DNA from: Octopus vulgaris | Taxonomy: Eukaryota | DNA length: 64,000 nt | Assembly (NCBI GenBank): GCA_951406725.2 | Contig: OX597817.1 | Span: 35,836,001-35,900,000 of the forward strand | Direction: 5' to 3' | Shown: piece by piece, positions 14,411 through 28,068 of the stretch | How positions within the stretch are numbered: position 1 is the first letter of the stretch | Layout: each line of letters begins with the position of its first letter | Program-made: the position numbers and the translations under genes | Notes under the pieces: generated by a model | Told to the model about the DNA's origin: nothing | The model's database searches: none | The model's input: the letters and a program-made list of their open reading frames with translations, nothing else

Positions 14411-16075
14411 AAAAGAATATCAACTTCAAGTCCATTGAAGACAATGTTTTAGCATGGTCACAGTTCAATGGCTGAAATAAGTGAAAAAAATAACTTCATG
14501 TTTGGCATTTTATGGGAAATGATGTCAAGGAAAATAAATCAATAAATAAAAACTCAAAGACTTTCTTGCTACTGTTTCAAGGACCAATTTAAGCCTGAAC
14601 TGAAATAAGCTAACTTCTATATCAGCAACTGGTAATTTGTTTCTGGTGGAAAAACTTAGTGAGAAACTGCCAGAAGATACATAGATTCATGTGAAGATCT
14701 TGCATATCAAGGAAACAAACTCAAGGAAGGAAAATCTGTCACATTCAATACTTCACATTGTTTTAAATTAATCATGCAGTGTCTTGTAACTTAGAGATTT
14801 CGATGACATGATTGTATTTTTTTAGAATTACATTGTAGGGTAGATGTAAAAGGCCAGGATTCGAGAATTTGAACATAAAACAGGTAGAATATTTTGGTTA
14901 GATGTGACCGGTTTAAATGCTAATGAGTTAAGCAAGGTGAGCGGAGGTGACGACAAGTGATCGAAACCTCTGGCGATTTGCTATGCTTGAGAAGACACAT
15001 CAAGCCAAGGGAAATCGTAGTCATGGCTAGTGATGGTGACATGTAAAAGACACCAATGCGAGTGGCACATAAAAGGCACCTACTACACTCTTGGAGTGGT
15101 TGGCGTTACATCCTCAGTGATGGGAACATGACTGTTGTCATGAATCACGTTGTAAATGATAAATAATGTAATAAAAGATAAGGGGAGATAACTCTAAATT
15201 TTACTTACTCAAACATAGTGTAATATTTTTATAAGCATTCTTATATTGATAAATCACATAGGTGTTAGCCATTCAGTGATGTATTCCCAATAAATAAAAA
15301 TGTCCTTCTTAGAGAAAGAAAAAAAAGCTGAAAAGCAAAAAAAAAGCAAGCTGAAAAGCAAAAAAAAAAAGTCACTGAGAAAAGATGAGATAAATTTCAA
15401 GAAATTTAAAAGTAATTTTTTTAAAAGAATAATGGAAAATCTGATGTTTGTTATCAGGAATAGTGTCAGCAACAGTCATGTTTCTATCTCACTGAACCTC
15501 ATCAGTGCTGCATAGTCAGTTTCAGTTTGTTTGTTTACTTCAGTTTTGTTTTTGTAAAAAAATATTTTCATAATTAACAAGAGTTGTGAAAAACATTTTT
15601 AAAAATTCACACAAAAATAAAATTCATGTTTTGCCTTTACTGAACAATTTATACTATTATTATCATTATTATTATTATTATATTATTGTTATTATGATTA
15701 TAAAGGACTGAGGTAACTCCTCCAGAAGTTATACACAAATAAAAAATAGAAGAGTACCATAGCTATCATGTGAAATTGGTTGAATGATATTTCAGCATTA
15801 TTATTATTATTATTGTTATTGTTATTGTTGTTGTCGTTGCTGTTGTTGTAAGGTGGCGCGCTGACAGAATCGTTAGCATGCTGGACGAAATGCTTGGCAG
15901 TTTTTCGGCCGTCACTGCGTTCTGAGTTCAAATTCCTGAAATTCCTGTGAGGTCAACTTTGCTTTTCATCCTTTTGGGGTTGATAAATTAAGTACCAGTG
16001 ACAACACTGAGGTCCATGTAATTGACTCGCCCACTCCCCCCGCAAAATGGTGGTCCATGTGGCAAAATTGGAAAC

Positions 16076-16175
<100 letters not shown>

Positions 16176-16221
16176 TTCTTTTTTTTAAAAAGGATTGACA
16201 TAACTCTTCACAAAGGTAAAC

Positions 16222-16625
16222 AGTCAAGACGAAGAGCACGATTCGATTGTAAGATATTTTATTAGTTGAACGATATTTCAACAGTACTTCTGTCTTTGTC
16301 AAGTTCAAAATAAGAAGTGATAAGAATTCAAAATTATAGAAATTTAAAAGTAAAGTATGAACAAGAGCAACCAGTGTCCACACGTTGTCTCAATTTCTGA
16401 TTCATATTTGAATGGTACGAAATCCATTGGCCCAGGATTGGGTTCAACACTGGGGTCTAGTGAAACTAACAGGGCTGACAAGCCAACTGTGAGAAGGAAT
16501 AAAACACAAAAGCTGTAATTTACATTATGATTTTCCTTAGACACCCGGCTAAGACAGACGTACTGTTGAAATATCGTTCAACTAATAAAATATCTTACAA
16601 TCAAATCACGCTCTTCGTCTTCACT
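16222..16625. mobile_element. Foldback insert with ~79-bp inverted repeats, embedded in (ATT)n
   Basis: 16222-16300 is the reverse complement of 16547-16625. Confidence 0.8.
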
Positions 16626-16653
16626 ATTATTACTATTATTATCATCATTATTA

Positions 16654-16706
<53 letters not shown>

Positions 16707-17751
16707 TTAGAGAGCAGTGCATGCCATCAAAGTGACACTGGGGTAAAATATACGAAACCCAGTATACCCATTATGACTACCCATCTGATAAGGGTACACC
16801 AGGCACATGCATCACAATCATATGTGCGCGTCATGGTGATCTCATATCAAGATAAACAGCACATGACCTTGCAGGTGGGGCCCAGGTAGAATTTTCTTCT
16901 GGTCGAGTAACCTATCCCGCAAATAGAATTCACCAGAAATTCCAAATGTTATGAATATTTCATTCAAAATAAAATATCTATATACATACATTTTATTAAT
17001 GTAAACATGCAGATGTGCTTCACATGGATACGGCTTGGATTGTAACCTTTTATATATATTATTCAGCTCTAATATAATCTACTTGAAAATTTTATTTTAA
17101 TTTTAAAGACCAAGGGGCATTTCGTTTAAAACATTTTACTCCCATCAAACTCATGTTTATACTCTTTCCTGTTTCATCATCTCGACCATTCTGCCTCTTC
17201 TATTCCCTCTTGGTCATGATTGTTTTAATGAACAGTGGCTCTGTAGAGTTAACTCATTCATCTTGCAGGGAATAAGGCAACCTCTCCAGTGTTGGTGCCA
17301 TAATAAATTGCATCTACTACACTCAACAACATGGTTAGCAAGTGAACAGAAATACTGTTGAGTAGACAGGACTCTACTCTAGTGCACGCTGTAACTTTTT
17401 TCTCTTCATCAGCCTTGTTATCTTTACCATTCAATGGTTGTGGTGCTTTATGTACTTTTGTTACATGGATTGTTAACTGTTAATCCTCTTTTACATCTGA
17501 TATCCATCTTTGAGATCATAACCCATCTTATAACCATATTTCATGTCCCTCTTGAATATTAATAATTGTTACTACATTTCTTTGATAATAACCTCAATTT
17601 CATTTCAGTGAATTGTCATTGTAGAGAAACAACGAAAAATACAGCACCCCATCATTATCATCATCATTGTTGTATTTTATATGAAAAACTTTTGCTGTCA
17701 CTGTTGCTGATAATATAAAGAAAATGTTGTTCATAATATGATGATATAATG

Positions 17752-17804
<53 letters not shown>

Positions 17805-17882
17805 CGGAGTAAGCACATAAGTGTGAAACAAGGTGGAAAAAAGAGTACTCAAATACCAGAAGTAGAATAGGATGCTTTATTT

Positions 17883-17929
17883 AAAAGCTGTTACTCAGAG
17901 TTTCACGTTCCTGTTCGTCAGACAGTTTT
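17883..17929 (-). ncRNA. Minimal type I hammerhead ribozyme motif within a ~130-bp (TA)n-flanked insert (17802-17932)
   Basis: Minus strand: CTGT-CTGACGA-AC(aggaac)GT-GAAA-CTCtGAG-TA^ACAG. All core nucleotides are present; stem I is CTGT/ACAG; predicted cut between 17892 and 17891. Confidence 0.7.
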
Positions 17930-17947
17930 GTTATATATATATATGTG

Positions 17948-18013
<66 letters not shown>

Positions 18014-18234
18014 ATGTCAGCATTTCCCCCACTTATTTTCAAAAGTTAATCCATTGGAAAAAGGTTGTGATTGTTTATAAATGATGGCATTGAAGTTGCA
18101 TGACAGTTTTGATAATAAAAAAAAAAGGGGGATTTTATATATACAGGCAATTATTATACTCGAAGTTCAAGTTTCAGCATTAAAAACAATTTATTTCATG
18201 TCTTTGAAGTTCCTAAACTCTTATGATGCAAACA

Positions 18235-18309
<75 letters not shown>

Positions 18310-18359
18310 TATATACATACATATATATATATAAACATGCAAAACAGATGTTAAATGAT

Positions 18360-18391
<32 letters not shown>

Positions 18392-18970
18392 AGCGGGTGC
18401 TGAAAAGTTCCTGGTTTTGGGTAAAAGAAAATACAGGAGGATCAGTTAATTATGATTTTATTCAACATGTTCCCCTCTCAGATTCACACACTTATTGCAG
18501 TGGTCCTTCAGTTTTTCTAAGCCCTGTAAAAGAACTCAGAAGGTTGGACCTCCAGCCAGGCATTTCATGACACCCTTAAGGCCAGGAACTTTTCACTACC
18601 CGCCTTGTATATATATTTATATATATCACTAGATAGCTATTTTCTCTTTATAAAAACGTAATCTCCTGGAAAATGGTTGTAAAGTTGTCTTCGGTTATTT
18701 TTGTATCTTAATTTCTTGGTTAATAAACTGTATTAGAATTAATGAATGCCTACAAATATTTACTGGATATAATTTTGCAAGTTTTTTTGTCTTGTCTTAC
18801 TTGTTTTCAGTCATTAAACTTTGGGTATCCTGGGGCATTGCTTTGAAGGGTTCAGTCAGACAGATTAACATCAGGATTTATTTTTTAAGCCTGGTACTAA
18901 TTCTATTAGCTACATTTGCTGAACTACAGAGTTATGGGAACATAAACAATCTGACACTGGTTGTGAAGCA

Positions 18971-19003
<33 letters not shown>

Positions 19004-19180
19004 ACCATAGCGGATCTTCTTCTAGCATAATGGATGTCCACTTACAGGTCAACCTTCTTATATGTATGTAATATTGTTTTTTCTGAAACTTCAGATTTTT
19101 CAATATGCTAGACCACTGGTTTTAAATTGACATTAATCAAATTAATATTCAATTTTTCACCCTTATTATTTTAAATTTAA

Positions 19181-19230
<50 letters not shown>

Positions 19231-19233
<3 letters not shown>

Positions 19234-20310
19234 TTGGTTTGCCCCATCCTTCTCACTCAACGTTGAGATGTGTAGAAAGGATTTTCCTTAGATTAATAGA
19301 TAAGCATTTCGCATAGATGCATAGATACAGGCATTTATTTAACAGGCACAACCTAAGAATCTCCTTTAGTTGTGCACCTAGCATAAAAAGTATTTTAACA
19401 AACACCCACAAAACCAGGGAGGAGGCATGTTGCTCTTGCAGGGTATACAATAACTCTCCAGTAGGAGGCCAATGCGAGGCCAAAGGAATCATCTATGTAG
19501 CTACAGTGATACCTAGACCTGCTATCCACATTACCAGCAATGTACCATCTAACAGTAATGATAGCACCAGAGGTGATGACAGTAGCAGATTAACCAGCTC
19601 TAATGCCAGTACAGTTTCCACAGCCAAAGATGATATCCAGTCTGGGACCAGCGACACAGAGGACCCCATAACCAACGACCCCAGTACCATCAACACAGAT
19701 GATGAACAAACCATTGTCATTGACGCTGATAGAGTGACTGGCCCTGCATCATATGTTACCACCAGTACAATCGCCACAGCTAGAGATGATGGTCAGTCCG
19801 GGACCAATGGCACAGAGGAGGTAACCAGTGGCTCCAGTACTACCACCACAGACAATGACCAAATGATTATCATCGACACCGATGGAGTGACCATCCCCGC
19901 ACCATATGTTACCACCAACCACACATACACTAATGTCAGCATCAACACCAGCCATGTGACCAGAAACAATAACCACAGGATAACAACCACAATGACAGCA
20001 GCTGTACCAACACTGCCAGATCATTGTACCATAATGACAATGTCAGCAACACAGTTACTAACAGCATCCCCAGGCCCAGAGCCTACATGAGATATACCAG
20101 GAGTGTGAATATAGCCACCTCCCAAGCTTGTAAATATATCAGATTAGCCAGGACATCTTTCAAGCAACACTTCCACAACCACCAGTCATCCTTCAGAGTT
20201 CTAGGAAGACGTTTTGTCACTTCCCTAGCCAGCTATATGTGACACCTCAAAGATCAAAGGACACCATATGATATCAAGTGGAAGATCATTGAACCTCGAG
20301 GCCCATATAA
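19231..20310 (+). mobile_element. Penelope-like element fragment: linker + GIY-YIG endonuclease, degenerate, with long Thr/Ser/Asp-rich insert
   Basis: IWFAPSFSLNV...FLRLIDKHF..HRYRHLFNRHNLRISFSC..CSCR...P.GGQC...GIIYVATV, then after a frameshift YIRLARTSFKQHFHNHQSSFR...TSLASYM*HLK...IKWKII..PYN. Starts in a (TA)n tract. Confidence 0.85.
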
Positions 20311-20585
20311 TATAATAATGAAATTATTGTATACAGTGCTCAGGTGCACCACAACTTGTCAGAAAGTGCATATAAAGTACATGCAGTAATGTAGAAATGT
20401 CTGGAAAGTGAACAATGTATGAGTCAGATACATGCCTCTGTGTGTATGGAGGGGAGAAAATCAAGTTGTAGTGTTGGCGAATCTCAGGAAGCATGGAAGT
20501 TTTGAAGGATGCAGTGCTCCGACAACTAACAACTGATGCCGGCAGTTTGTTCCATGCTTCAGCAACTCTCAGCGTGAAAAAATGT
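20308..20585 (-). mobile_element. CR1-clade LINE 3' end, inserted at the end of the Penelope fragment
   Basis: Near-identical to 45545-45825. Confidence 0.85.
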
Positions 20586-21071
20586 ATTATTGGGAGTTGT
20601 CGTTACAAAATCTGCATTGTGGATAGACCCAAAATTCTTAAGGACTATGCTAAATATGTTAAATAGTTGTACAGAAATTTTCTCAAAATGTGTCCATTTC
20701 AAGCACTACCTACTGGAAAATTGGATCTCCCTGTTTGTTGGTTATGCTATTAGGAAATTGTAAAGGTTTTTTATCCTCTGGTCCAGGGGAGATAACTTCT
20801 CCTCATTATCGTCTTTATAGGTTAACTGTCAAGCTTTGTTATCCTAGCATTTCCTCATGCCTGCAAGGTAGAAAGTTAAATTTTGTCTTTGTATAGAGTC
20901 TTATGGGTTGTCCACAAGTCTGTAGCTTTCATGGATAAAAAACCATTGGTCACTCTATGACCAGAATTTAACTTCTTGTTTTAATACTTACTGCTCTATT
21001 CTTTAGAGTGTGCTTCTTTTTCTGGTATATGTTTTATTAACAATCAATCAATCAATATATAAATATATATA

Positions 21072-21657
21072 TCATCATCATCGTTTAACGTCCGCTTTCC
21101 ATGCTAGCATGGGTTGGACGGTTCAACTGGGGTCTGGGAAGCTCGAAGGCTGCACCAGGCCAGTCAGATCTGGCAGTGTTTCTACAGCTGGATGCCCTTC
21201 CTAACGCCAACCACTCCGAGAGTGTAGTGGGTGATTTTATGTGCCACCGACACAGGTGCCAGACGAGGCTGGCGAACGGCCACGCTTGGATGGTGTTTTT
21301 TACGTGCCACCGGCACGGAGGCCAGTCACTGTGGTACTGGCTACGGCCACGTTCGGATGGTTTTCGTATGTGCCACCGGCACTGGTACCACAAAACTACA
21401 AATTCCATTAATGTTCATCGAGTTTGCTTTTGATTTTGTCCATTTTCACTTGCCTCAACAGGTCTTCACAAGTAGAGTTATGTGTCCCAAGAAGGAAGAT
21501 ATGCATAGGTGCACTGACTACGTTCCAGGTAGGAGCCATGGGTTATGGCCTCACTTGTCCAGCCGGGTCTTCTCACGCACAGCATACTTCCAAAGGTCTC
21601 GGTCTCTGGTCATTTCCTTGGTGAGACCTAAAGATCGAAGGTCGTTCTTCACCACCT
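21072..21657 (-). mobile_element. RTE LINE 3' fragment (ORF end VVKNDLRSLGLTKEMTRDRDLWKYAVREKTRLDK* + 3'UTR, 3 modules)
   Basis: Translation of 21657-21552 and the same 3'UTR and tail as 30798-31777. Confidence 0.88.
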
Positions 21658-22216
21658 ATATATCCAAATATATATATCCATATATATATCCAAAAAATGG
21701 AACAAGAACATAACGAACATCAATGAAAACATACAGACAGATGAACGATACAAAGACGGACAGGAAAACTAGGAGGGAACATTCGTGGCTTTCTATTCAT
21801 CAGTCAGGCTTCCAGTTATCACAACAGTTTTGGCCTGCTACACTTGAGACTGTTAAAAATTGGTAGGCCCCAAAAATCTAAGCTAAGGGAATTAAATTTT
21901 TGGAAGAACGTGGGCGAATATGTGTGACAACATGGACAAAAAAAACAAGAAAACAGAGAAAATATTACAAGATTACAAATACAAACAACAAGAATAACAA
22001 AAGGTGTCTTTCCACTGAAAGGACAAGTTAAGCTGGCATGGGAAGTGGAAGCCTTGTGACAATAAACATAGGTGAAAGTCAGGAAACAGGAAAATAAGGT
22101 GTTGTGTGAGCGTGGGTCAAACCAAGAAAGAAAGATCATGCTTGGCTGAGCACCGGTCACATGGGAGGAACAGAGAGAGGTAGGGAGCAGAGGGATTGAA
22201 GAAATAGGAAAGGAAC

Positions 22217-22253
<37 letters not shown>

Positions 22254-22297
22254 AGAAACTTTGCTCTAGCCTGTTATCGTGACCAAATTTTTTTCAA

Positions 22298-22546
22298 TAA
22301 CAAAGAAATGGAAATCATATAAAATCCAACAGAATTACCTATCAGACAAGCAAAGGACAGACTATAAAAATCCTATTATTTCAGTAATCTCTATTTGAAC
22401 ATACTAGGAGAAACAACGCCCTCTAGACGTTTTTTTTTCTTTCTACATTTATGTTCAAAATCTGTGTGTATGTGTTGGCGCAAGAGTAGCTGTGTGGTAA
22501 GGATGTTGCTTTTCAGCTACATGGTTTCGGGTTCAGTCCCACTGTG
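22298..22546 (+). repeat. Inverted duplicate of 63754-64000
   Basis: ~250 nt with only a handful of differences; covers non-SINE flank plus a SINE head. Confidence 0.95.
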
Positions 22547-23009
22547 AACCATCTACTATATACACATTGGATACTTTTTCCTGTTTGTATAACAAAACAC
22601 ATGTGTATGTATATGTGAGAGAGTGTTTGTGTGCGAGAAAGAGAGAGAGAGAGAAAGAGAGAGAGAGATAGAAATAGAGAGAGTTAGAGCGTGTGTGTGT
22701 GTGTGTGTGTGTACATGCATGCAATATATGTATGTGCATTTGTAGGAATGTAATCTCACTAAAACACTAGAAAGTTCAGCAATAAATCTACTGAAATATA
22801 ATATGCAAATAAAACAAAGTGCCATGTTATTAATGAGCCTCTATGATACTAAATGTGTGTGTGTGTTTGTGTGTACATACATATGTACGTGTGTGCATGT
22901 GTATATGTGTATATATGTAAGTATGTACATATATATGTATGTATGGACAGATGGGTGTATGCATGCATGTATGCATTTATCTATATATCTATGTATGTAA
23001 TATGTACAA

Positions 23010-23011
23010 AC

Positions 23012-23042
<31 letters not shown>

Positions 23043-23320
23043 TGAATGTTTGTATGTATGCATGTATGTATGTATGTATGTATGTATGAATGTTTGTATG
23101 TATGCATGTATGTATGTATGTATGTATGTATGTATGTATGTATGTATGTATGTATGTATGTATGTATGTATGTATGTATGTATGTATGTATGTATGTATG
23201 CATGTATGCATGCATGCATGTATGTATGTATGTATGTATGTATGTATGCATGTATGTATGCATGTATGTATGTATGTATGTATGTATGTATGTATGTATG
23301 TATGTATGTATGTATGTACG
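23010..23320. repeat. (TATG)n microsatellite; other large SSRs: (TA)n 3290-3515, 6617-6966, 50045-50383; (ATT)n 16077-16170; (CTAT)n 33740-33890; (CA)n 29640-29715; (GA)n 58586-58640; (GTG/ATG)n 2808-2965
   Basis: Directly visible. Confidence 0.98.
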
Positions 23321-23699
23321 CATGCATGTGTGCATCAGAACAGTAGCAAAAGAAATGTTAGGATGTATGGACATATTCTAATAAGTACAAATTTTTAACT
23401 GTTGAATGTATTTGGAAATGAAAAGAGGTCACCCTTTTTTAATTACTCAATTTCCCTGGGCAGAATATTTTAATAGCAGAACGTTCTTCAAATTAAATTA
23501 CAGCTTATAGTTTTAATCTTCCACAGATCTTCAGATAATGTCTTATAATCCACAATTATGCTGTAAACAAGTGATTGACTTGTTAGGTTTTAAGCTGAAG
23601 GATTAAGAAGAATGCAATGTCAATTAAAACTATTGATGTTGACGACAAAGGTGACATGCACAAATACATATACATCGCTCTCTTGCACTTCTACTGTTG

Positions 23700-26150
23700 G
23701 TGGAATGTTAAAAGTGCATCTGAATGTGACTGCTGCCCGGGCCACGGATTGGATCCCGTGCCGGTGACACGTGAAAGGCACCATTTCAGCGTGATCGTTG
23801 CCAGCATCGCCTTACCGGCACATGTGCTGGTGGCACGTGAAAAACAACATTTGAGCATGGTCGTTGCCAGTGCCACCGGACTGGCTCCCATGCAGGTAGC
23901 ACATAAAAACACCTTTTGAGCATGGAGGTGGTCATTGCCAGAACTGCCTGACTGGTTCCCATGCTGGTGGCCCATAAAAAGCACCCAATACACTCTTAGA
24001 GTGGTTGGCGTTAGGAAGGGCATCCAGCTGTAGAAACTTTGCCAGACCAGATTGAGCCTGGTGCAGCCTCTGGCTCAGTCAAACCGTCCAACCCATGCCA
24101 GCATGGAAAGCAGACGTTAAATGATGAAGACGATAATGATGATGATGAATGTTTACATGTTGATTATTAAAATTGCAATGATGATATCAGGGGTGGTTGT
24201 GTGGTTAAGAAGTTTGCTTCCCAACCAGGCGGTCTGGGTTCAGCCACATTACATAGCATCTATGTCTTCTATTGTAGCCCCATGATAAAATTGCGTTTCA
24301 AAACACAACACTTAGAGCGGTCATTATTTTCGGAACAACCTAATAACATTCAGCTCTATTGTCCATATAGAGTACTCTTCTTTCTACAGAGGCATTCGAT
24401 ACTATCTATCTATCTATCTATCTTTCTATCTATCTATCTGTATCCATATGAATGTGTGTATGTGTATGTGTCTGTGTGTGTGTATGTGTGTGTCAACTGA
24501 TCGTGGCCGATGCCAGACCCCCCCTGGCACCTGTGCAGGTGGCACGTAAAAAGCACCCACTACACTCGCGGAGTGGTTGGTGTTAGGAAGGGCATCCAGC
24601 TGTAGAAACACTGCCAGATCAGACTGGAGCCTGGTGCAGCCCTGGCTTCCCAGACCCCAGTCGAACCGTCCAACCCGTGCTAGCGCGGAAAACGGACGTT
24701 AAACGATCATGATGATGATGATGATATATATATCATCATCATCATTTAACATCTGCTTTCCATACTGGCATGGGTTAGACAGTTTGACTGAAAACTGGTA
24801 AGCTGGGGAGCTGAACCAGATTCCAATCTGATTTGACACATTTTCTAGAGCTGGATGCCTTTCCTAATACCAACCACTCCAAGAGTGCAGTGGGTACTAT
24901 TAATGTGCCATTGGCATGGCTGCCATTGATGAGATACTAGCATCAGCCACAACTATGATCTCACTTGGTTTGACAGCTCTTCACTGGCACAGTATATTGT
25001 CAAAGGTCTTGGTCGCCTGTCGCTGCCTCTGTGAGGCCCAGTGCTCAAACTGTGCTTTTTACATGCCACCAGCATGGGTACCAGTCAGATGGCACTGGCA
25101 CTGGCCATGACTATGATTTCACTCAGCTTGACAGGTCTCTTCAAGCACAGCATATTGCCCAATGTTTGAAGGATGCTTTTTACTAAGCAGTTATGCAACA
25201 CTGGCATTGGCCACAACTATGATCTTACTTGGCTTGATGGGTCTTCTTAAGCATGGCGTAGGCACAGGTGTGGCTGTGTGGTAAGAAGTTTGCTTCCCAA
25301 CCACATGGTTCTGGGTTCAGTCCCATTGCATGGCCCCTTGGGCAAGTATTTTTTACTAAAAACCTCGATTTGACCAAAGCCTTGTGAGTGGATTTGGTAG
25401 ATGGAAACTGAAAGAAGCCCATCAAATATATATATATATATATATCATCATCATCATTTATCGTCCACCATCCATTCTAGCATGGGTTGGATGATTTGAC
25501 TGAGGACTGGCGAACCAGATGGCTGCACCAGGCTCCAGTCTGATCTGGCAGTTTCTACACCTGGATGCCCTTCCTAATGCCAACCACTCTGAGAATGTAG
25601 TGGGTGCTATTATGTGCCACTGGCACGAGGACCAGTCTGGTGGCACTGGCAACAGCCACACTCAAATGGTGTTTTTTACGTGCCACATACATATGTATAT
25701 ATTTATGTGTCTGTGTTTGTCTCCTCACTGTCACTTGACAACTGATGCTGGTTTGCTTATGTCCTTATAACTTAGCAGTTTGGCAAAAGAGACCAATAGA
25801 ATAAGTACTAGGCTTACAAAGAATAGGTTCTGGGGTTGATTTGTTTGACTAAAACCCTTTAAGGTAGTACTCCAACATGGCCACAGTCAAATCATCATCA
25901 TCATCATCATCGTTTAACGTCCGTTCTCCATGCTAGCATGGGTTGGATGGTTCGACTGGGGATCGGGGAAGACAGAAGGCTGCACCAAGCTCCGGTCTTA
26001 TCTGGCAATGTTTCTACAGCTGGATGCCCTTCCTAATGCCAACCACTCCGTGAGTGTAGTGGGTGCTTTTTACGTGCCACCTGCACTGGAGCCAGGCGAG
26101 GCTGGCATCGGCCACGGTCGGATTGGTGCATTTTATGTGCCACCTGCACG
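23700..26150. mobile_element. Cluster of RTE 3'UTR fragments (23700-24148 +, 24500-24725 +, 24733-25253 -, 25445-25687 -, 25891-26150 -), two nested in a SINE at 25254-25890
   Basis: Repeated 3'UTR core and (GAT)n tails in both orientations. The tRNA-SINE is split by the insertions. Confidence 0.85.
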
Positions 26151-26727
26151 TAAAACAATTAAGATTAAAGAATATATATGTATAAATGAATTGCTACTCC
26201 TCACAGAAATACTGCAGCTGTTTGAGGTTTATATCCTTATCTCCCCTTAACACACAAATAGCACTATGAAAATTCACTTGAGAATCTCAGAGACAGTCTC
26301 TTGCTTGAAGTATCAGTGAATTTAACTAATCTCATTACTTAGTTGGTGCATTATTTTTATCAACCCCCAACCCAGTTCTAGATGGATAGTCAAAGACAAT
26401 GTTGGCATTGATCCAATTTGGACTCAAAACATAAATGGCTATAACAAATACTGCAAGGAATTATATTGAATGCTCTAATGATTCTGCCAGTTCACTCATA
26501 TTTCTTCACCCCTCGCACATAAAAATTTCATGTAGGACAATTCTCAGGAATTTCCAAATAGTATCTGTCAACAATATAACATACACAGGCTACTTATGTA
26601 TATAAATCTAGACATGTTACAACCTGCCACAGGTAATCTTAATCAGATCTTACTGGCAAGATATAAACTTAATGGAATGCATCAATTAAAAGCCGTTTGT
26701 GGTCCTGGCTTTCATGTGTATAGATAA

Positions 26728-26782
<55 letters not shown>

Positions 26783-27715
26783 CATGCATACATACATATA
26801 TACATATGTATGTATGTATAAGTACAGTATATCATCATCATCAACATTTAATGTCCATTGTAGATGGATGTGTGTGTATGTAAATGAATGAATGGGTATA
26901 GATATACATACCTATAATCACACATGTCTATACATATATACATACATAAGCAGTGTTTTACTCTCTGTTATGTTGATATATATGCACACGTCACCATTAA
27001 GTGATAGAAATAGTGTATAGAAAAGAAACAAACCAAAGAGTATTAAATCCATTTCACAGGTAAGTGTTTTAATTGTACATTATATTACCTGTAACCATTT
27101 TTTCTATAATTTCCAAGAACCGCTAATTTGTATTTGTATTTTGAATAAGTTAAGAAATATAAAAAAGGAAAATGATTGTTCTACTAAATGATGTGTGTGT
27201 GTATTTACATATATATATATGTACATATATGTGTGTGTGTGTGTGTGTAAATGAATGAATGTGTATAGATATACACATCTGTATTCACACATGCTTATAC
27301 GTATACATGCATAAGCAGTGTTTTACTCTGTTATGTATAAACATAGAAACACGTATATACATATGTATACACATATATGTATATACTTAAATGTATGTGT
27401 ATATATGTATACACATATATGCATACATACACACACACACATATATATATATATACATGTTCATACATATATATATATTCATATATAGAAACACAAATAT
27501 ATACATATATATACACATATGTGTATATATACTTACATAAACATACATACACACACACACACACAGGGGTATATGCATGCACAAACAAAGACACAATAGG
27601 AATACAAAATGGCTGACCATTAGTAAGGAAAGACACACAAAAAAGAAAGAAGAAAGCAAGGACCACTGAGGAGGTCACAGAAGTGTGATGAAATGACTGG
27701 CTGAAATACGAATAA

Positions 27716-28068
27716 TCTCTACATATATAAACGGCAAAATGTCTGTGTGTGTGTCCTGTATACAAATCCACAATTTTTTACTTAGAAGGCTCGCACTTTC
27801 TATGGTCATTCAAAACTGTCCAAGGGTGGTCGTGCATATCTTTACATTTCCCCAGTCACCCTGCAAAGCCATTAAAAAATCAATAGAAGTGAATTTTCTA
27901 TCCAAAACTCATTGAAAATGCCTGAAATTTGATATGCCAATTGAATACCAGCTAGCTGTATGTGATTGGTCAGAGATTTGGACTGTACTCACGTGTATGT
28001 GTGCATGCACGCAGCTGTATATGCATGCATTAGCACTATGACCCGGCATTGCCGGGTCATAGTGCTAG
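27716..28068 (+). mobile_element. Non-autonomous Helitron-like element
   Basis: A|TC start, internal (TG)n, 3' GC-rich hairpin at 28031-28067 and CTAG|T end. Confidence 0.8.

Noticed and set aside
19317-20090. Host mucin-like gene
   Set aside because: Flanked on both sides by Penelope linker/GIY-YIG motifs, with stops and frameshifts and no splice signals; treated as part of the element.
21085-21713. Recurrent ORFs containing FLQLDALPNANHS or GLNPEPCGW
   Set aside because: Chance frames across RTE 3'UTR and SINE copies; not conserved as coding.
22803-23398. ORFs such as MYVCMYVC / HTYIHTYI / YIYIYI / poly-I / poly-V throughout the track
   Set aside because: Translations of (TATG)n, (TA)n, (ATT)n and (GTG)n microsatellites.
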